DNA of 42,454 bases, from the NCBI GenBank assembly GCA_016934075.1, contig JAFGTN010000578.1, positions 1 through 42,454 on the forward strand, given 5' to 3'. This document shows positions 16,943-26,011 of the stretch, piece after piece. The stretch comes from Pirellulales bacterium (GTDB lineage Bacteria > Planctomycetota > Planctomycetia > Pirellulales > Thermoguttaceae). The notes beneath the pieces are model-generated. The model searched no databases and was not told the origin of the DNA. It saw only the letters and a list, made by a program, of their open reading frames with translations. Position numbers and translations under genes: made by a program. Numbering within the stretch: position 1 is the first letter of the stretch; each line of letters opens with the position of its first letter.

Positions 16943-18067
16943 TCAACTGGCATCCGCTTTTTCCACAATCTCCTTAGCAATCCGTTTCGCGGCGTGTCCG
17001 TCCCACAACTCGGGGCATTTGCCCGTTTTGTAGATACCTTCCAAAACAGCCTGCAAACCATTTCGAAGCAAATTGGCATCATTACCCACCAGCGTGCTGG
17101 TACCTTCAGTAACGGTAATGGGGCGTTCGGTGTTGGGGCGCGCGGTTAGGCAAGGGATGCCCAAAACAGTCGACTCTTCCTGCAATCCACCCGAGTCGGT
17201 CACCGTAACTTTCGATTGCGAAGAAAGCGCCAAAAAGTCAAGATAACCGGCCGGGCCAAGTTGTAAAAGCCCTTTGGCGGATTCGAGTTTCTTGGCGAAT
17301 CCAAAACGTTCGATCCGCTGCTTTGTTCGAGGATGAATGGGAAAAACCAGCGGAAGGCTTTTCGACGTCTCGATCAACACGTCTAGGAGCGGACCCAACG
17401 ATTCGGCCGTGTCTACATTGGCCGGACGATGCAGCGTTACAAGCCCATAAGACCCGGGGGTAAGCCCGTAACGCGCCAGGGTATCGCGAGACTGTGCCTG
17501 AGGGAGTAGTTGTTTTAGTGTATCGATCATCACATTGCCTACCAGCACCATCTCGTCTTCGCTGTGTCCCTCGTTGCGAAGATTGTCCATTCCGGCCGGA
17601 TCGGAAACCAGCAGCAGGTCGGCGATTGCATCGGTGAGGATGCGGTTGATTTCCTCGGGCATGGTGCGATCGAAGCTTCGCAATCCAGCTTCGACATGCG
17701 CGACGGGGATCCCCAACTTGACGGCTGCAATTGTCGTGGCCATGGTCGAGTTCACATCGCCAACAACCAGAACGCGATCGAAAGGCCGGCCATCATCCGT
17801 GGCGTTTTCGAGTACTTCCTCGAAACGTTCGATCACACGAGCCGTTTGTTGGCCGTGCTTGCCCGAGCCGACTTCCAAGGTAATATCCGGCCGGCGCATA
17901 TCGAGTTCTTCGAAGAATACATCGGAGAGGTTCTTGTCGTAGTGTTGTCCAGTGTGGACGAGAACGGTTTCCACGCCCTGATGTGCCTCGAAAGCCTTCA
18001 AGATGGGAGCCATTTTCATGAAATTCGGTCGGGCACCAACGACACATGCCAGTCGTAATTTCGTCAC
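16943..18067 (-). CDS. wecB: UDP-N-acetylglucosamine 2-epimerase, non-hydrolysing family (WecB/WbpI/FnlC-like)
   Basis: GTG start at 18065-18067, 7 nt after AGGAG and 1 nt after the upstream gene's TAA. Motifs VVGARPNFMKMAPI, HTGQHYD, VGDVNST and HVEAGLRS are typical of Epimerase_2 enzymes. Confidence 0.85.
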   Translation of the reverse strand: MTKLRLACVVGARPNFMKMAPILKAFEAHQGVETVLVHTGQHYDKNLSDVFFEELDMRRPDITLEVGSGKHGQQTARVIERFEEVLENATDDGRPFDRVLVVGDVNSTMATTIAAVKLGIPVAHVEAGLRSFDRTMPEEINRILTDAIADLLLVSDPAGMDNLRNEGHSEDEMVLVGNVMIDTLKQLLPQAQSRDTLARYGLTPGSYGLVTLHRPANVDTAESLGPLLDVLIETSKSLPLVFPIHPRTKQRIERFGFAKKLESAKGLLQLGPAGYLDFLALSSQSKVTVTDSGGLQEESTVLGIPCLTARPNTERPITVTEGTSTLVGNDANLLRNGLQAVLEGIYKTGKCPELWDGHAAKRIAKEIVEKADAS

Positions 18068-18068
18068 G

Positions 18069-19328
18069 TTACTTCTCCTCTGGATTTTCTATTATGTCAT
18101 CGCTCGATAGCCCAAGCACTTTTTCAAATGAATGAAGCATTTCCTTTGCCTTGACAGCGCGGCTGAACTCCTTGGCAACCGCGTCACGACCGCACTGGCC
18201 CATTTCTTTTAAGCGTTGTGGATTCTGCTGCAGATCGAGAATTGCATCGACCATGGCCCGGGCATTACCCGAGGGGATGCAGTATCCGGCGCCGGCCTCC
18301 TCTACAATCTCGGCACTACATCCTTCCACGCCGTAGACCATCGGTATACCCATGGCCATGAATTCGAATATCTTAGAAGGAATAACGGTTGTGAAGACTT
18401 TATGGGGACGTAAGTGGACAATTCCAACATCCAAAGCGGCTAAATAAGAAGGTATTTCGTCGTGCGGCACAAAATCGTGGAACATAAGATTGGTGAGATT
18501 CCGATCGCCGGCTTCTTTTTCCAGTTTGGCCCGATCTGCGCCTTCGCCAATGATAACAAAACTGATATCCGGCTGATCGCGACACAGTTCGGCCGCATCG
18601 AGAATCGTTATCAGCCCATGCGCGGCACCCGTGGCCCCGATGTATGCAGCCAGGAATTCGCCCTCCTTGATCCCCAACTTCTCGCGTGCGTCGAATTTGA
18701 CGTTTCCCTCGTTAAAAATCTCGGTATTAACACCGTTCGTGGCCATGTCTAGTTTCTCGCGAGGAATCCCACGCTCGACCAATTCTTCGATAAAGGCGGG
18801 GGTTACAGCCACAATTCGGTCGGCCTTGCGGTACAGGAACATTTCCAGCTTCGTCAACAGACGCATCACGCGCCCCATCTTCAAACCCACCGCTGCAATC
18901 GACGCCGGCCAGAGATCCCGCAGCTCGAACACCCACGGACGGCGGCGGAGCAGTGAAAGGCCGTAAACTCCCACCGGTACGAACAATGGTGGAGATGACG
19001 CAACCATGATATCGAACTTGGGCAACCGCCAGAAGAAAAATATCGCCATTAGCGCGAAACTCAAATAGTCCAGCGAACGCTTGACGATGCCTTCGTTGCT
19101 GGTCATGTAGGTCCAAATGCGGATCACTTTTACACCGTCCATCTCCTCGGTCTGCCAAAGACGGTTACGGTAGCCGGAAAACACCTTGCCGTGAGGGGAA
19201 TTGGGGGCACAAGTCAAGACGGTCACCTCGTGGCCCATTTTCATCCACTGTTGCGCATGATCCATTGTACGAAAACAGGGCGGCGATATCTCGGGCAAAA
19301 ATCTGTCCGTGAGAACAAGGATGCGCAT
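18069..19328 (-). CDS. Glycosyltransferase family 4, WbuB-like
   Basis: The track ORF extends to 19433, but ATG at 19326-19328 (MRILVLTDRFLPEISPP) is preceded by AGGAG. That start also removes the overlap with the upstream gene's stop (19373). The N-terminal pattern MRILVLT..F.PE....GHEVTVLT..PN.P.GK matches WbuB-type GT4. A GT-B C-terminal E-x7-E-like region is present. Confidence 0.85.
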   Translation of the reverse strand: MRILVLTDRFLPEISPPCFRTMDHAQQWMKMGHEVTVLTCAPNSPHGKVFSGYRNRLWQTEEMDGVKVIRIWTYMTSNEGIVKRSLDYLSFALMAIFFFWRLPKFDIMVASSPPLFVPVGVYGLSLLRRRPWVFELRDLWPASIAAVGLKMGRVMRLLTKLEMFLYRKADRIVAVTPAFIEELVERGIPREKLDMATNGVNTEIFNEGNVKFDAREKLGIKEGEFLAAYIGATGAAHGLITILDAAELCRDQPDISFVIIGEGADRAKLEKEAGDRNLTNLMFHDFVPHDEIPSYLAALDVGIVHLRPHKVFTTVIPSKIFEFMAMGIPMVYGVEGCSAEIVEEAGAGYCIPSGNARAMVDAILDLQQNPQRLKEMGQCGRDAVAKEFSRAVKAKEMLHSFEKVLGLSSDDIIENPEEK

Positions 19329-19372
19329 GATATATGACTCCTGGGTATTTCTTATCCGCTTTGTGCTGAGTT

Positions 19373-21115
19373 TTATGGGTGTTTTTCGATACGCCAGGTT
19401 AGTTTGTAAGGTAATTCGACAAAGCTGCGCCAAGCCAATCGCTGCACATCCAGACGCCGGCCATACTCCGGACTATAAGGCCGGACTAGAGTTTCGGCAG
19501 TGACATTATCGGCTTCCAGCTTCGCATAAACCCTCTTGTCATGTCTGACGATTTCCCAACTGTCGTCATACTTTCGGGCCGTCCATCCGGGAGCCAGCAA
19601 TAGTCCACCTTCGAGCGAGTGGCGGCCTCTACCGCTAATCTCGTCGACGATAACAAGGCAGCCTTGGTCGGTAATTTCCACTCTGCGAGTATGGCAGGGC
19701 CGACCATCAAGATGATAATAACCGTCGTGTGATCCCGTGGCTCGCAGGGTATTGTCAGTAGTGTCGCAACTCACACCAATCGGGTGAGCCCGCCGTCCAA
19801 CTCGGAAAATATGCCAGACCTCGCTGGAATCAGTAGAGTCGACACATAATGTATTGTGTGACATCGTAGATCGATCGTAGTATCTCTTTTCGTCATTGTC
19901 GTAAGCGAACGTACCAGGATCTACAAACAACCGCTCACCTTCGAAGGAAGCCTCTATCGTAAGCGTGTCTGCATGTGCATGCCCAGGTTGATAATCCACG
20001 CCTACCGGCCCCACGTCGAAAAACAAACTCCACGGCTGGCCATGCCAGACCACCATACCGAAATTCTCAAAGAGCTTGCCGCCTTTGCGTGGCTTTATGT
20101 CGACCTCCAAACGAAGTACTTTGCAGCCGGCTTTTAACATGTCCCGCGGATGGCAAGCACCGTTCATGCCACCGTCGTTGAATAACGGAACCTGACCATC
20201 GGGATGCCGCATCCAAGCCAGCATATCGGCCATTTTTCGCCAGGTTTCGCGAAGGATTTCCCGCGCGGCCGATTCGTCGACAAGCGAGCCCAGCGTCAAG
20301 AAGTCCTCCATGGCATGGACGTGATACATGGGAGAGCGTTCGAAATGCCCACCGTCCGGCAAAACCTGTTCAGCGGCTTGCGACAGCGCAATCTTAGTGG
20401 CCGATTGCATCCACTCGTCGGCTTGCGATCCGCCAAAAAAACGCCCGGCCCATGCCAACCCCACGGCATCGCGAAGCACGTGGTTGGCGCGGAGGTCCCA
20501 TTCGATATGATCGCCTAGAAACGCCGTTTGCCGCCAGAGACTACGGAGAAATGTGTTTTCCAACTCGCCCCAATTCTTGCGTCCCTCGACGCCCAGCAGA
20601 TGGTAGAGGCGGCACCACCAACCTATTCGAGTTGAGATGGCATAGGCATTCCAAGCCAGATCGCGCGAGCCCTCGGCCACCAGATCGCAATTGGTGATCC
20701 AATCGTCCAGCAACCGTCGCAAGCATGCATCCGCACGATTAGCATCGTCTCCGCCGACAACCACACGACTCGCCAACTCCCAAGCCCAGGCATGATAGTG
20801 CAAGGTAATCGTCCACAGTCTATCGTCGCTTGCCGTTCCAAGCAGCCAGTCGGTTGGCGAGTGGCCCAGCGTTTTGGTCTTATTGAGATGTCCAAAACGC
20901 CCCTCTTCCAACATGGCTACAAATTCGTTACTGTCATTATCATGCTTCACCAGCGGAACTTCGGGAAAATCCCCGCGAAGTTCGATCTCCTCGGGCACCC
21001 ACGGCTCGACCACCGGCCTGGATCTTTCTCGCCGATAGCGCAGCCGCCAGTAAACTTGCGATGGCCGCAAGTGACGTACGGTACGAAAAGTGCGGGCTAA
21101 GGCCGATAGCTTCAT
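19373..21115 (-). CDS. Heparinase II/III-like / alginate-lyase-fold family protein
   Basis: 580-aa ORF with ATG at 21113-21115. The C-terminal half carries GHAHADTLTIE...FVDPGTFAY, characteristic of the heparinase II/III-like domain. The N-terminal half has an alpha-helical toroid-like composition (W/H/L-rich). Confidence 0.75.
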   Translation of the reverse strand: MKLSALARTFRTVRHLRPSQVYWRLRYRRERSRPVVEPWVPEEIELRGDFPEVPLVKHDNDSNEFVAMLEEGRFGHLNKTKTLGHSPTDWLLGTASDDRLWTITLHYHAWAWELASRVVVGGDDANRADACLRRLLDDWITNCDLVAEGSRDLAWNAYAISTRIGWWCRLYHLLGVEGRKNWGELENTFLRSLWRQTAFLGDHIEWDLRANHVLRDAVGLAWAGRFFGGSQADEWMQSATKIALSQAAEQVLPDGGHFERSPMYHVHAMEDFLTLGSLVDESAAREILRETWRKMADMLAWMRHPDGQVPLFNDGGMNGACHPRDMLKAGCKVLRLEVDIKPRKGGKLFENFGMVVWHGQPWSLFFDVGPVGVDYQPGHAHADTLTIEASFEGERLFVDPGTFAYDNDEKRYYDRSTMSHNTLCVDSTDSSEVWHIFRVGRRAHPIGVSCDTTDNTLRATGSHDGYYHLDGRPCHTRRVEITDQGCLVIVDEISGRGRHSLEGGLLLAPGWTARKYDDSWEIVRHDKRVYAKLEADNVTAETLVRPYSPEYGRRLDVQRLAWRSFVELPYKLTWRIEKHP

Positions 21116-21173
21116 AGACTACAATAAGGATTTCGTGTTGCACGCTGGGACTTCCCTGCAACTTTTTGCATGT

Positions 21174-23360
21174 TTACTCCGGTTCGCTGATAACCGATTC
21201 ACGCATCTGGGCGATGGAAATGGGTACTCCTCGCTGGATGCTTTCCAATACGGCAAAACTTACCAAGGTCGTGTCGAACAGAGATTCCGTGCTGATCGGC
21301 GATGACACCCCACGTTGGATAGCGTCGACGAACGCAGCCAGTTCCTGACTATGCCCCTTGTCTGCTTGCATCAACTTGCGAGGCTTGATCCTTTGTGTGT
21401 CGGAATGTATTTCCAGGGTACGGAAATCCGTCAGTACGCCGGCCATACCGCCCGCGAAGACCTCGACGCGTTCCTTGCTGTATGAAGACGGGCCGGTGGA
21501 CGAGTAGACCAACTGGCAAACAGAACCATCTTCGTAGCTTACCGTAATCGCTGCGTCGTCGATCGTCTCGAGCGAGGGAGCCGCCGCAAAAACCGTTACG
21601 GGAGGGGCGCCGGTGAGAAATGTGAAAAAGTCGAGGAAGTGGCATGCTTCGCCGATGATCCGACCACCTTCACTGGGGTCGCTGATCCAGTGGCCCGCCG
21701 GCAAGGAGCCCGCGTTGCATCGATACTGAACATTCAACGCCCCACGTCCGGTAAAATGTTTTTTCAACTCGACGGCCAAGGGCGCAAAACGTCTATTGAA
21801 ACCAATCAACAAGTTGTGTGGATGCGACTGCAGGGTTTTGTGGATCTTGCGTAGGCCGTCGATGTTAATCGACAACGGCTTTTCCACCAGAACAGCCTTT
21901 CCGGCTTCCAAAGCGCGGCAAACGCCGTCGGCATGCTGTGAATGTGGAGTGACGATGACCACGGCATCAGTTTCCGGATCATCCAAGACCTCCGACTCGA
22001 TGGAAGCACAGAAGGCGGCACCGAACTTAGCGCCGGCCGATTTGCTTGCCATTCCGGATGCGTCGACGATTCCCCGTATCGAGACTTTGTTTAACTTCGC
22101 GGCATTGGGCATGTGCACTCCGCGTGCGAAACCACCGGCACCGATGAAGGACAGCCCCACGTTATCTTTGGGTTTCTTGGTCGATGCTTCCGGGAACTCG
22201 ATTCTCGTCGACTCTGCGTCTTTTCCGCCCGCAACGTCTTGTGGATATTCCAGGACGACACCCAGATACGGCTCCTGGTTGCCGAGGATCAATTCGAACG
22301 CCTCCACTGCATCGTCAATGGCAAAACGGTGCGTAGTGCAAACCTCCGGCCGTACCGCTCCGGAAGCCACCATGTCGAGAAACGCCTCGATGTTACGATT
22401 TTCAGTCCAACGAACGTGGCCGACGGGATAATCGTGGCCGTGTTCTTCATAGTCGTTGTCGTAACGTCCCGGACCGTAAGAGCGCGAGACGATGAATGTG
22501 AGTTCCTTTTTGAAGTACGGGGTTCGCGGGATATCCATGCCCGTCACGCCCACCATGATTACTTTAGCGCGGTCTCGAGCCAGGCGTGCCGCCTGTTCGA
22601 CCGGTTCGTTGCTGGAGGTTGCGGCCGTAATCAGGATCGCATCGGCGCCACGCCCGCGGGTGAAGTCCAGAACTTGTTTCTCGGTGCGCTCGCCCTCCAG
22701 TTTCAGCGCCAGTTCAGCGCCGTTTTCGTCTGCCAATTTAACGCGATCCTCGGAAACGTCCAGTGCGGCCACACGGCAACCCGAGGCTTTAAGTATCTGT
22801 ACGGTTAGTTGTCCGATCAAACCCAAACCCGAAACGACGACGGCTTCGCCCACTCGCAAATCAGCCAACCGCACACCCTGTAAAGCAATGGTGCCAACAG
22901 TAGAGTATGCTGCGGCTTCTGTACTCACACCCGCCGGGACGGGCACGGCCAACAGCCGTGGTATATAATTGATTTCGGCATGATTGGCATATCCGGCTCC
23001 GGCACAAGCCACCAGCCCCCCCACTTCAAAACGTCTCGCCCGAGCGCCGACGGCAATTACTTCTCCGCAATTGCTATAGCCCATCGGCATTTCACTGTCG
23101 AGCTTATCGCGGACGGTTTGAAAGGTGGCCCAAAAGCCTTCCCGTTTCATCTTCTCCAAAACTTTTTTGACCAGGTCGGGTCGCTCCTTAGCCTTTCCCA
23201 AAAGGCTTTTTTTGCCCAAAGAAAGCATCATGCGTTCGGTACCGGCGGAGATTAGAGATTTGTGGGTGCGAACCACGATCCCTTCATCTCGCAACATGGG
23301 TGGCGGCACATCTTCGACACTGATTATGCCGGTTTTGAGGTTTTGGAGCATTTGTTTCAT
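21174..23360 (-). CDS. Two-domain oxidoreductase: N-terminal medium-chain (Zn-ADH-like) dehydrogenase domain fused to a C-terminal Gfo/Idh/MocA domain
   Basis: 728 aa, ATG at 23358-23360. The N-terminal half (nt ~22250-23360) has MDR-like features (GYSNCGEV, Rossmann VVVSGLGLIGQL). The C-terminal half (nt ~21177-22180) begins with VGLSFIGAGGFARG and has the EKP motif (VLVEKPL) typical of Gfo/Idh/MocA. Confidence 0.8.
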   Translation of the reverse strand: MKQMLQNLKTGIISVEDVPPPMLRDEGIVVRTHKSLISAGTERMMLSLGKKSLLGKAKERPDLVKKVLEKMKREGFWATFQTVRDKLDSEMPMGYSNCGEVIAVGARARRFEVGGLVACAGAGYANHAEINYIPRLLAVPVPAGVSTEAAAYSTVGTIALQGVRLADLRVGEAVVVSGLGLIGQLTVQILKASGCRVAALDVSEDRVKLADENGAELALKLEGERTEKQVLDFTRGRGADAILITAATSSNEPVEQAARLARDRAKVIMVGVTGMDIPRTPYFKKELTFIVSRSYGPGRYDNDYEEHGHDYPVGHVRWTENRNIEAFLDMVASGAVRPEVCTTHRFAIDDAVEAFELILGNQEPYLGVVLEYPQDVAGGKDAESTRIEFPEASTKKPKDNVGLSFIGAGGFARGVHMPNAAKLNKVSIRGIVDASGMASKSAGAKFGAAFCASIESEVLDDPETDAVVIVTPHSQHADGVCRALEAGKAVLVEKPLSINIDGLRKIHKTLQSHPHNLLIGFNRRFAPLAVELKKHFTGRGALNVQYRCNAGSLPAGHWISDPSEGGRIIGEACHFLDFFTFLTGAPPVTVFAAAPSLETIDDAAITVSYEDGSVCQLVYSSTGPSSYSKERVEVFAGGMAGVLTDFRTLEIHSDTQRIKPRKLMQADKGHSQELAAFVDAIQRGVSSPISTESLFDTTLVSFAVLESIQRGVPISIAQMRESVISEPE

Positions 23361-23426
23361 TTATCTGAAAAACCTTTCCGCCTTTTTCTGAGACTTTTCG
23401 TCCCATAACTCTACCAAAGTCAATAA

Positions 23427-24206
23427 TCAAATCTTCAAGTATTCTTGCACAAGAGCATCCTTTTCATCCCGGCTAGGATAGTTTATCAATACGGCCCGAT
23501 AAACACCCTTAAAAACAAACATACTCCCCGCGGCAGCACCGATAATTCCAAAATTATTGATTAGTTCACCAATGTCCTGAAGCGAACCGGCGCCGCCTAG
23601 AACCGTCAATGGCAAGCTGACGGCTTCTCGGATCTTACTAACAAGCTCATGGTCGTATCCTTCCATAACGCCATCCCGGTCTATAGAATTAACGACGATT
23701 TCTCCCGCACCAAGTTCCTCCACTTGCTTCGCGAATTTTACCGGTGACAAACCAGTTTTCTTTTTGGCGTTATGTGTCCATATTTCATGCTTTCCTCTGA
23801 AGCGGCTTTTTTTTACATCCATGACCACGACCACGCTCTGGCCGCCCACTACTTCTGCCGCCCTGGCCACAATGTCGGGATCACTCACAACCGCCGAACT
23901 CATGGCAACTTTTTCGACACCGAGGCTGATTATTTTGTCAACTTGCTCGACGCTCTTCACACCACCTCCATAGCAAAGCGGCATTCGGCATTCGGCTGCC
24001 AGGTTGCGAATGAGGTTGAAATCCGGCTCGCGATTTTCGGAGGTTGCATCGATATCGAGCACGGTCAACTCATCGACTTCTTTTTCGTTGAATATTTTAA
24101 CGGCGTTTATGGGATCGCCCACGTATTTTGGATTGGTGAAATTCTGGGTTTTTACCAATCCGTTGTTATGAACCAACAGGCAAGGGATAATTCGCGGTCG
24201 CAACAT
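23427..24206 (-). CDS. hisF: HisF-paralogue cyclase subunit of the acetamidino-sugar modification system (WbuZ/HisF2-like)
   Basis: Start placed at ATG 24204-24206 (MLRPRIIPCLL...), 2 nt after the hisH-like TAA, rather than the track start at 24254. TIM-barrel HisF motifs are present: RIIPCL, DELTVLDIDA, GGGV, NSIDRDG, GGAG. Confidence 0.85.
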   Translation of the reverse strand: MLRPRIIPCLLVHNNGLVKTQNFTNPKYVGDPINAVKIFNEKEVDELTVLDIDATSENREPDFNLIRNLAAECRMPLCYGGGVKSVEQVDKIISLGVEKVAMSSAVVSDPDIVARAAEVVGGQSVVVVMDVKKSRFRGKHEIWTHNAKKKTGLSPVKFAKQVEELGAGEIVVNSIDRDGVMEGYDHELVSKIREAVSLPLTVLGGAGSLQDIGELINNFGIIGAAAGSMFVFKGVYRAVLINYPSRDEKDALVQEYLKI

Positions 24207-24208
24207 GT

Positions 24209-24829
24209 TTACATCTCCATTTCCGCGAAATTTCTTAAAAGCTGCATGCCCCATTGGTGACTTTTTTCAGGATGAAACTGCACGCCGAAAACATTATCGC
24301 GGTGCACACTCGAAGCGTAAGAGCCATTGTAGTCGGTTGTTGCCAGAACATGCTCCTGACTTTGTGGGACAAAATAATAAGAGTGCAGAAAATAAAACCT
24401 GGCTCCCGATTCGAGATTTTTGAAAAGACTATTGGTGCCCATTGGTTGCACGTTATTCCAACCCATGTGCGGCAAATGGGTTCGCTGCGTAAATCTTTCG
24501 TGGTCAAACTTCTTGACCTCGGCGGGAATCCACCCCAGGGTGTCTAGGACGCCCTCATCACTTCTGTCAGCCATAATTTGCATGCCTACGCATATTCCCA
24601 GCACAGGCTTGCCTTCGCCGATAACCATTTCTTCAAGTGTTTCCCGGAGTCCAGATCCATTTAAACGAGTCATCGCCCAATCTGAAGCTCCCACTCCAGG
24701 CAAAATAATCTTTTCGGCTCGACGCAGTTCTTGAGGTGTAGAAGCAATGTTAACCGGCATATTGAGTCGCTTATAGATATTGGCAAAGGCATGAATATTC
24801 CCCAATCCATAATTGACGATACAAATCAT
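24209..24829 (-). CDS. hisH: HisH-paralogue glutamine amidotransferase subunit (WbuY/HisH2-like)
   Basis: ATG at 24827-24829, preceded by GGAGG and overlapping the upstream stop as ATGA. Class I GATase motifs: LPGVGA, GICVGMQ (nucleophile Cys), FHPEKS. Confidence 0.9.
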   Translation of the reverse strand: MICIVNYGLGNIHAFANIYKRLNMPVNIASTPQELRRAEKIILPGVGASDWAMTRLNGSGLRETLEEMVIGEGKPVLGICVGMQIMADRSDEGVLDTLGWIPAEVKKFDHERFTQRTHLPHMGWNNVQPMGTNSLFKNLESGARFYFLHSYYFVPQSQEHVLATTDYNGSYASSVHRDNVFGVQFHPEKSHQWGMQLLRNFAEMEM

Positions 24830-25953
24830 CTCTTACCTCCTCTTTCAAGGCCTAAGAATCTCATCGCCTTAGAACCCAGCCAATAAATACTCTCTTGCGA
24901 CTTGTAGTCCTTATATGTTTTGTTTGGAGCATCCATATATCCCTGCAATTCTTCGACAGAGATCCCAAGCTTGGTAGCCACATATTCGAATTCGTGATGT
25001 ATCGTTTCCTCATCATAAGCCGGACGTGAGAGTTTTTCTAAAGCCTCTTCGCGAGTCATCTGATTTGTCAGAATAAGACTTGAGAATTGTACTTTTCTCG
25101 TGTCGTAATTAAATTTCTTGGGAAGCCAATATGATTCGTAAAATCTTGTGAAGCGGGATTCAAAATGTTTTTGAGGATATCTTTGCCATCCAAAGCGGTC
25201 AACCAGCAATTGCATGGCTTCTTCTTTGTGATAAGGAACATAGTCCAACGGTTTTACAACGGTGATTCCCTTCACATACCTCAGGTACACCTTATGCCAA
25301 AGAATGCTGGTTATGGGAAAATTTATCAATGGTCGCTGACCAAACTTTTTGTGTATATCTTTAAGCTGAATAGAATCTGATTGAAAATACATCCATTCTT
25401 TTGGATTTCTTACGCATTCTGTGGAATAGTTCGCACCCGTGAGAATGTATTTAATCTTGTATTTGTTCGCAAAATTGTACATCGTGGCAAAAAATGCATG
25501 ATCCTGAGGTACATCAATGTGCGGGACGCCTGACTTGAAATAAGCCAGTTGGAGGTCCTTCATTTCTTCCCAGTCAATTACGTCGGTATACAAATCCAAA
25601 CCAAGGCCATCGATCAGTTTCTCGATGTTATTCACTGCGATTTGAGAATTCCAGCCGGCATCAACATGAAAAACCAACGGCCGCAAACCAAATTCTTCTT
25701 TTGCCACATACATCAAATAGGAGCTGTCAATGCCTCCACTCACTCCCATGATGCAGTCGAAGTCTTTGCCCTCACCTTCTTTTTTGATTTTCTGCACAAT
25801 TTTCTCAAGCTTCTGTCGCCCTCTTTCATCAGTATGCCAATTCGGCAAGATGTCTTTGTAGAAGCTATTGCAGTGATCGCAAACGCCGTTTTTATCAAAC
25901 ACTATCATGGAATCCGTGGTATCCATGACGCAGTTTGTGCAAATTTGAAACAT
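24826..25953 (-). CDS. N-acetyl sugar amidotransferase (WbuX/WbpG family, PP-loop ATP pyrophosphatase with N-terminal Zn-ribbon)
   Basis: The track start at 25981-25983 is GTG. ATG at 25951-25953 sits 6 nt after GGAGG and was chosen. Motifs: CTNCVMDTT...CDHCNSF (CxxC...CxxC) and GVSGGIDSSY (SGGxDS PP-loop). Confidence 0.85.
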   Translation of the reverse strand: MFQICTNCVMDTTDSMIVFDKNGVCDHCNSFYKDILPNWHTDERGRQKLEKIVQKIKKEGEGKDFDCIMGVSGGIDSSYLMYVAKEEFGLRPLVFHVDAGWNSQIAVNNIEKLIDGLGLDLYTDVIDWEEMKDLQLAYFKSGVPHIDVPQDHAFFATMYNFANKYKIKYILTGANYSTECVRNPKEWMYFQSDSIQLKDIHKKFGQRPLINFPITSILWHKVYLRYVKGITVVKPLDYVPYHKEEAMQLLVDRFGWQRYPQKHFESRFTRFYESYWLPKKFNYDTRKVQFSSLILTNQMTREEALEKLSRPAYDEETIHHEFEYVATKLGISVEELQGYMDAPNKTYKDYKSQESIYWLGSKAMRFLGLERGGKR

Positions 25954-26011
25954 GCAATTCCTCCGTACTGTGATTATGCTCACAGTGTCAACAAGGAACC
26001 TTTGTATTGGT

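Noticed and set aside
19329-19433. 35-codon N-terminal extension of the WbuB-like GT ORF (track start 19433)
   Set aside because: It would overlap the upstream heparinase-like gene by 61 nt. The internal ATG at 19328 has an AGGAG RBS and gives the canonical MRILVLT GT4 N-terminus.
21796-22968. 211-231-aa plus-strand ORFs opposite the two-domain oxidoreductase
   Set aside because: They overlap a minus-strand ORF that has clear Rossmann/EKP motifs. They have no motifs of their own and no RBS or start context.
23427-24829. Reading the HisH/HisF-like genes as histidine biosynthesis genes
   Set aside because: No other his genes are adjacent. They are translationally coupled to a WbuX/WbpG-type amidotransferase inside a glycan operon, which is the known HisH2/HisF2 (WbuY/WbuZ) context.
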